Shown here piece after piece: positions 36,501 to 41,957 of a DNA stretch of 47,907 nt. Numbering within the stretch: the first letter of the stretch is position 1; the number at the start of each line of letters is the position of its first letter. This stretch comes from an uncultured Chryseobacterium sp. (GTDB taxonomy: Bacteria; Bacteroidota; Bacteroidia; Palsa-965): contig CAYMZV010000001.1 of the NCBI GenBank assembly GCA_964394965.1, forward strand, positions 1-47,907. Reading direction: 5' to 3'. Under the pieces are notes generated by a model. The model saw only the letters and a program-made list of their open reading frames with translations. It was not told where the DNA came from and did not search any database. The translations under genes were made by a program, and so were the position numbers.

Positions 36501-37018
36501 TCGGAATACAAATTCCAATTTCCCGTTGCATCGCGTGTCACTTTTATCCGCAAGGTGTTTGTCGTCGCAGCGCAATGCCCATTTATCCCATCAATGATTT
36601 TTGTTTGTGTTGCGCCACTCTGTTCCCATAAATCCACACTGTCGAAAGAACCGTTTTCACCCAGACGCACATAATAACCATTGACAGCTCCTTTCAAGTT
36701 TGCAATATCGGAAACGAGATAGATGCGTGCATTGTTATTGTCCGAAGGCGCAAAACTTTCCTTGATCCAAAAATCCCATTCCGAATTTGCAACCGATGTG
36801 CTCGGTGTGGAAAGATAGGCCGTATCGGAAACGCTTCCATTCAATTGCAACTGATGGCCGGTGTTGACAATATAATTCACCGCATCGCCCGACCATGTTG
36901 GGGCATTCGTAAAATCTCCGTCAGTAAAATCGTCCGTTACTTGTGCGCGCGAAACAATTGCAACACACAAGGCGAGGCAAAACAGGATACTTTTCAAAAC
37001 AATTTTTTTGGAAAACAT
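33584..37018 (-). CDS. Large secreted protein with three lamin-tail-like (LTD) modules and a gliding-motility/T9SS type-B C-terminal domain
   Basis: ATG at 37018 gives signal peptide [26 protein letters not shown]. Three LTD-like modules are present ([71 protein letters not shown]). The C-terminus reads [18 protein letters not shown]... Confidence 0.8.
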   Translation of the reverse strand: [1144 protein letters not shown]

Positions 37019-37086
37019 GAGAGGTAAAGATAGGAGAATCAACTATTCGCCTATGTTCGTTTTGTGAAGAAATTCTGATTTTTTCA

Positions 37087-37236
37087 TTTGCATATATTCA
37101 TATTTGTCGCATATTTGCGCCATGAAAATCCAGAGCATGAAACGCAAGGAAAAGAAACCAACCCAATCGGGAAGGTGACCTGCGTATTATGCAAACAATA
37201 ATAAACAGCGGCCTTTCCAAATGGAGAGGCTTTTTT
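37087..37236 (+). promoter_or_regulatory. Promoter + 18-codon mini-ORF embedded in a stem structure + intrinsic terminator, upstream of asd (candidate attenuator/leader or independent ~115-nt sRNA)
   Basis: TTTG (37087-90), a 19-nt spacer, then cATATTTG (37110-17). ORF 37122-37178 encodes MKIQSMKRKEKKPTQSGR*. Stem GCATGAAACGCA (37135-46) pairs with TGCGTATTATGC (37181-92). Inner hairpin at 37157-76. Terminator GCCTTTCC-AAAT-GGAGAGGC-TTTTTT at 37211-36. Confidence 0.4.
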
Positions 37237-37363
37237 ATTAAGCGCCAAATGCTAATCAAAATCGAATCCGTGAACTGCAAATCTTTCTTTATCATTTTCG
37301 GTTCCCCGAATTCGTAAACTTTTCGCAGTTCGTAGATTCGCAAATATTTGTAATTCATAAACA

Positions 37364-38359
37364 ATGAAAATAGCCGTAGTAGGAGCCACTGGATTAGTCG
37401 GCACCAAAATGTTGCAGATACTGGAAGAGCGAAATTTTCCGGTCACAGAATTGATTCCTGTCGCTTCGGAAAGGTCGGCGGGAAAAGAGATTTCCTTCAA
37501 GGGAAAAAAATACAAGGTGGTGACACCGCAAACCGCAATTGAAATGAAACCGTCGATTGCATTGTTTTCCGCCGGTGGAGGAACTTCGCTCGAGTGGGCG
37601 CCGAAATTTGCAGCCGCGGGAATTGTCGTGATTGATAATTCTTCCGCTTGGAGAATGGACCCGACAAAAAAACTGATCGTTCCCGAAATCAATGCGGATG
37701 CGCTGACGAAAGAGGATAAAATCATTGCGAATCCGAATTGCTCCACGATCCAAATGGTCGTTGCGTTGAATCCATTGCACAAAAAATACAAAGTGAAACG
37801 CATTGTGGTGAGTACGTATCAATCGGTAACCGGCACCGGGAAAAAGGCGGTGGACCAATTGATGAATGAACGGGTCGGAGCGAAAGGTGAAATGGCTTAT
37901 GCCTATCAAATCGACATGAATGCGATTCCGCAAATCGATGTGTTTCTTGAAAACGGTTACACGAAAGAGGAAATGAAAATGGTAAACGAAACGAAAAAAA
38001 TCATGCGCGATGATTCCATTCGTTTGACGGCAACCACCGTTCGCATTCCTGTCATGGGTGGACATTCGGAATCAGTGAATGTGGAATTTGAGAATGAATT
38101 CGATCTCGCGGAGGTGCGCGCCTTGCTCGAAAAATCCGAGGGCGTAAAAGTCATTGACGACATAAAAAACCTGCAATATCCCATGCCGCTCATTCATGCG
38201 CACGACAAGGATGATGTGTTTGTGGGAAGATTGCGCAGGGACGAAACGCAACCGAAAACATTGAACATGTGGGTCGTCTCCGATAACCTCAGAAAAGGCG
38301 CTGCGACAAATGCCGTACAGATCGCGGAATATCTGGTGAAGGAAAAATTAATCGGATAA
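37364..38359 (+). CDS. asd: Aspartate-semialdehyde dehydrogenase
   Basis: 331 aa with N-terminal Rossmann motif MKIAVVGATGLVG and active-site region IIANPNCSTI. The length and C-terminus are typical of Asd. Confidence 0.9.
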   Translation: MKIAVVGATGLVGTKMLQILEERNFPVTELIPVASERSAGKEISFKGKKYKVVTPQTAIEMKPSIALFSAGGGTSLEWAPKFAAAGIVVIDNSSAWRMDPTKKLIVPEINADALTKEDKIIANPNCSTIQMVVALNPLHKKYKVKRIVVSTYQSVTGTGKKAVDQLMNERVGAKGEMAYAYQIDMNAIPQIDVFLENGYTKEEMKMVNETKKIMRDDSIRLTATTVRIPVMGGHSESVNVEFENEFDLAEVRALLEKSEGVKVIDDIKNLQYPMPLIHAHDKDDVFVGRLRRDETQPKTLNMWVVSDNLRKGAATNAVQIAEYLVKEKLIG

Positions 38360-38414
38360 TTTTTTCCACAAATAATTTTATCCAATCTTTGGAATGCTTT
38401 TTGTAAAACACATC

Positions 38415-38972
38415 ATCATGAAATCACCTCTCTTTTATTTTCTCGCGGTTTTTATCTTGGCTGTCGCTGCCGATTCAAACAATGCCATTGACGAAAAAAA
38501 CGGATTCAAGAAATACAAATTGGGAACAGTGATAAATTCCTATTCCGGATTCACCTATGCCGACGCAAAGCACCAGTCCACTCGTCCCGATTCCTGCAGT
38601 GTGGTTTATCAAAAGGATCCGGAGATGGCGGACAATATCGGCGAAGTGAAAGTTTCAAAAATCTATCTGACAACAAGTGCGGACACGATCACGAAGATTG
38701 AAGTTCCATTGGGAGAACCGGCCATTTCAAAAGTGTTGGATGCGTTTACAAAAGAGTTCGGCAAATACGAAACGGTCGAGAAGGATGGAAATCCGATTTA
38801 CAAATGGGCGGGAAAAAATGTGACATTGAGTTTGGTTGACAATGCGCACCGAAGGGGAAACAAGGATTATGCAAAAGGCCCTTCCGATGTTATTTCGGTC
38901 ACTTCCAAAGACATGGATTTGGTTCGGAAAAGATGTTCGCAACACGCCAACAATTCCGCCGACAGTTTGTAA
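38415..38972 (+). CDS. Hypothetical secreted protein
   Basis: ATG at 38415 gives signal peptide MKSPLFYFLAVFILAVAADS. 185 aa, family not recognised. Confidence 0.5.
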   Translation: MMKSPLFYFLAVFILAVAADSNNAIDEKNGFKKYKLGTVINSYSGFTYADAKHQSTRPDSCSVVYQKDPEMADNIGEVKVSKIYLTTSADTITKIEVPLGEPAISKVLDAFTKEFGKYETVEKDGNPIYKWAGKNVTLSLVDNAHRRGNKDYAKGPSDVISVTSKDMDLVRKRCSQHANNSADSL

Positions 38973-38977
38973 GATTT

Positions 38978-39614
38978 TCAGAAGGCGATTCCCAATCCGC
39001 AAGAGCCCCTGATTTTCTTATTTTCCGAATCACCCGCCTCTTTCCACACTTCGAATTTCAGGTAGACACTTTTTCTTTGGGGAATCATGCGAATGAATCC
39101 TCCATAGAAACCACTTCCTGCATTTCCATTCATAAAACCGCTGTATCCATATTCCGCGCCGATTTTCAGAATGGGTAATCCTGCGGCGACCCCCCCCACT
39201 GAAAATATATTTTTTGAAAATCGTACTGTTGTTGAGATCGGAAAGTCCGGCTCCCCCTCGTGCAAAACAATCGACGTAAGGACCGAAGCAGAATATTTTT
39301 TCCGCATTGAAAGAGATCGTCGTGATTCCTTCCTGAAGACCGCCGTAAATGCAAAAGGCAGGAATCGCTTGATGCCCTGGAGCGGGTTTTGCGGACTGTG
39401 CCTGTTGTTGCGTTGGAGGATCCGTCGTTTGATTGACAGGATTGACCGTAGCCGGATTGCTTTGGTTTTGTGGAGGATTGTTTTGTGTGGTCGGACTCGT
39501 TTCCACTTTTTTATCTTTCTTGAAATAATAGCCTTTCAAATATTTGCGTTTTTCCAACGTGCAGGAAGACGCAATGGCGATCAGTAAAAATAAAAGTGGA
39601 AAAAGTTTTTTCAC
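38978..39614 (-). pseudogene. Outer-membrane lipoprotein gene split by a frameshift at a G8 homopolymer (C8 on the plus strand, 39190-39197)
   Basis: The N-terminal part (39614 down to the tract) has lipobox LIAIASSC, a P/Q/T-rich linker, then beta-strand-like sequence. The C-terminal part continues in another frame (VAAGLPILKIGAEYGYSGF...GLGIAF*, terminal Phe). Removing one G fuses them into a single ~211-aa ORF. Confidence 0.6.
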
Positions 39615-39659
39615 GGTAAGCTAATGCGAACGCATTTTTAAAATTATCCGGAAGGAAAT

Positions 39660-40655
39660 TTACAATTGGGAGTCTGTCGGGGAATTTCCCGGAGAATCTG
39701 ATTTCCCATTTTGCGAATCTGCAGATTCCGTTGCGATCGGAAGTTCATCTTTCCGCTCGGGCACTTCTGTCGCGGCAACCGGTTTTTCGATTTCCACATC
39801 AGGAATAAAAACCGGCCAGCGACGCAACATGTCAAACATTCCCAAGCCAAGTGCAGTGGCAAGCACGAGTACGATTCCGATTTTTATTCTTGGCAATGGA
39901 TGAATGCTGGAAAAAAGTGTGAAGTAGGTGAGCAATAAAAATGTGGAAAGGAGAAAAACCACAATCGCGAAAAAAATATTTGTCACAAGAATCCTGCGTG
40001 TGCTCAACGGTTTCATGTTTTTCCCAAACAGCCGCCGTTGAAAAACGATGAGCAGAAAAACACCAACGGAAATCGCCGCATCGGCAATATTGAACACGGG
40101 ACTGAAAAATGTGAATGATTCATCCGCCCGCGGCACCCATTGCGGAACATTCAGATTCGCTTCGTCGGGAAGCCAGTGTGGGTAATTTCCATGCCACACC
40201 GGAAAATAAAACATGTCGACTACCTGACCGTGGAGAAATTTTTCATAACCGCCATTCGCCGGAAACGCTTTTGCAACATTCTGATCCCAAGGATCGCTGT
40301 TTTCAAAAATCTTTCCGTAAAAAACGCTGTCGAGAATATTTCCCAATGCTCCGGCAAAAATCAACGCAACACAAACGATCAATAATGGACGGGTGTTTTT
40401 CTTGAAGAGCGTCCACAGGTAATATCCGATTCCTGCAACTGCGGCGAGGCGAAATAAACTCAACAACAATTTTCCCCATGCTCCGTCACTGATGGTAAGT
40501 CCGAATGCCATTCCCGGATTTTCCACAAAATGCAGGTAAAACCAATTTCCCGTCACATTGAATGCCTGTCCAAGATACATGTGTGTCTTGATCCAGATCT
40601 TGATGGATTGGTCAATGAATAAAACTCCAAGAATGATTGCGAGTGCTTTTTTCAC
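39660..40655 (-). CDS. lspA: Lipoprotein signal peptidase II with a ~120-aa C-terminal extension (two extra TM helices plus a polar tail)
   Basis: LspA motifs FVENPGMAFG, GALGNILDSVFYG and FNIADAAISVG. I prefer the GTG at 40655 (MKKALAIILGVLF...) over the listed TTG at 40748, which would make the 14-bp inverted repeat coding. Confidence 0.75.
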   Translation of the reverse strand: MKKALAIILGVLFIDQSIKIWIKTHMYLGQAFNVTGNWFYLHFVENPGMAFGLTISDGAWGKLLLSLFRLAAVAGIGYYLWTLFKKNTRPLLIVCVALIFAGALGNILDSVFYGKIFENSDPWDQNVAKAFPANGGYEKFLHGQVVDMFYFPVWHGNYPHWLPDEANLNVPQWVPRADESFTFFSPVFNIADAAISVGVFLLIVFQRRLFGKNMKPLSTRRILVTNIFFAIVVFLLSTFLLLTYFTLFSSIHPLPRIKIGIVLVLATALGLGMFDMLRRWPVFIPDVEIEKPVAATEVPERKDELPIATESADSQNGKSDSPGNSPTDSQL

Positions 40656-40679
40656 GGTCACAAAGATGTCGAAAAAACT

Positions 40680-40749
40680 ATTGCCGATTTCCGGTTTCCA
40701 ATTGCCAATTAATAAAATTTGGCTAAATGGAAAATCGGAAATCGGCAAT
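40680..40749. repeat. Perfect 14-bp inverted repeat (ATTGCCGATTTCCG / CGGAAATCGGCAAT) with an imperfectly self-complementary 42-nt spacer, between dksA and lspA
   Basis: Arms at 40680-40693 and 40736-40749. The spacer contains TTTCCA...TGGAAA, which extends the stem. Confidence 0.7.
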
Positions 40750-40773
40750 TAATAATTCGGCAATTATTTTCTT

Positions 40774-41475
40774 TTAATGATTCTGTCCGAGTTTTGCGTC
40801 AATGCTCAGTGTTGCGTGTGGCACACTGCGCAGACGTTCTTTCGGAATCAATTTTCCGGTAACGCGACAGATTCCATAAGTCTTGTTCTCGATACGGATT
40901 TGTGCGTTTTTCAGATTCTGGATATATTTTTCCTGACGGGCGGCAAGGTGTGCGGTTTCTTCTTTTGAAAGAACATCCGATCCATCTTCAAGCAACTTGA
41001 AAGTCGGGGAAGTGTCATCGGTTCCGTGATCGTCTTTGTGTGAAAGGGTATTTTTCAGAAGTTCGTAATCGCGGGTTGCCTCTTCGAGTTTGCTGTTGAT
41101 TAGGATTTTGAACTCTTTCAATTCAGCATCGGAATAGCGGGAACGATTATCTACAGGAGCCGCTTTTACAGCTTTGTTTGCATTTGGTTTGCCGGTTGCC
41201 ACTTTCACTATCGGAGGAAGCGTCGGCTTTTTCACTTGCGCGGCGATTGAGGGACGGGCAGGTTTTGTTTCAACGGTTTTTTTCGCCGGAGCGGGTTTGG
41301 TTTCTTTTTTAGGAGCGGCTTTTTTAGCCACGACTTTTTTCTTCTCCGCTTTTGCAGGCTTGGAAGATTTTGGTTTCGACTTCGTTTCCGCTTTTTTGGC
41401 AGCCCCGGATTTTTTTGCCGGAGCTGCCTTTTTAGCTGGTTTAGAAGCCTTCTGAGCTTTTGCTTTCTTGGCCAT
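40774..41475 (-). CDS. dksA: DksA/TraR-family regulator fused to a ~105-aa Lys/Ala/Pro-rich histone-H1-like N-terminal region
   Basis: The C-terminal 125 aa are DksA-like (coiled-coil SDAELKEFKILINSKLEEA...; finger region YGICRVTGKLIPKERLRSVPHATLS with only one Cys). The N-terminus is KKAAPAKK-type low complexity. Confidence 0.8.
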   Translation of the reverse strand: MAKKAKAQKASKPAKKAAPAKKSGAAKKAETKSKPKSSKPAKAEKKKVVAKKAAPKKETKPAPAKKTVETKPARPSIAAQVKKPTLPPIVKVATGKPNANKAVKAAPVDNRSRYSDAELKEFKILINSKLEEATRDYELLKNTLSHKDDHGTDDTSPTFKLLEDGSDVLSKEETAHLAARQEKYIQNLKNAQIRIENKTYGICRVTGKLIPKERLRSVPHATLSIDAKLGQNH

Positions 41476-41491
41476 TGTAGTAAAGGATCAA

Positions 41492-41944
41492 TTAAAAGTG
41501 ATCAAACGCGCCGCGTGCATCTGCATCGCTGTTTGGCTCGTCACGATCGTCACCGATTTCCGGAGTTTCATCATTCATTTCCAATGCAGGCTCATCTTCG
41601 TGCATCAATTCCTCGTGATGAGGTGCAGGAGCTGCGGGTTTTTGAACGACTACCGGTTTTTTTGGAGCTGCAGGCGCTTTAGGGGCCGCAACTTTTGCAG
41701 GAGCTACTGCTTTTTTCACAACGGCTTTTTTAGGAGCCGCCTTTTTTGCAACAGCTTTTTTAGGAGCCGCTTTTTTCTTTGCTGGTTTCGCCTTTTTAGC
41801 TGCTGCCTTTTTTTTGGGAGCTGCTTTCTTAGTTGCTTTTTTTGCGGATTTTTTTGCCGCTTTTTTTACAACTTTTTTGGCGGATTTTTTCTTGACCGGT
41901 TTTGCCTTCTTGGCAGCCTTGCCTTTTTTCGCCTTTTTAGCCAT
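41492..41944 (-). CDS. Histone-H1-like Lys/Ala/Pro-rich basic protein with an acidic C-terminal tail
   Basis: 150 aa. Residues 2-115 are almost only K/A/P/V (AKKAKKGKAAKKAKPVKKKSAKK...). The last ~35 aa are acidic (HHEELMHEDEPALEMNDETPEIGDDRDEPNSDAD). It starts 13 nt after the ileS stop. Confidence 0.7.
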   Translation of the reverse strand: MAKKAKKGKAAKKAKPVKKKSAKKVVKKAAKKSAKKATKKAAPKKKAAAKKAKPAKKKAAPKKAVAKKAAPKKAVVKKAVAPAKVAAPKAPAAPKKPVVVQKPAAPAPHHEELMHEDEPALEMNDETPEIGDDRDEPNSDADARGAFDHF

Positions 41945-41957
41945 GGGTGTGGAAAGT

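Noticed and set aside
37122-37236. Lysine riboswitch, SRP (4.5S) RNA or the asd RNA motif of lactic acid bacteria as the identity of the asd-upstream element
   Set aside because: It is too short for an L-box. It lacks the SRP domain-IV consensus (GGAA tetraloop followed by GGAAGCAGC-type loops) and the 5'/3' end pairing. The published asd motif is, as far as I recall, restricted to Lactobacillales, and I cannot match its consensus from memory.
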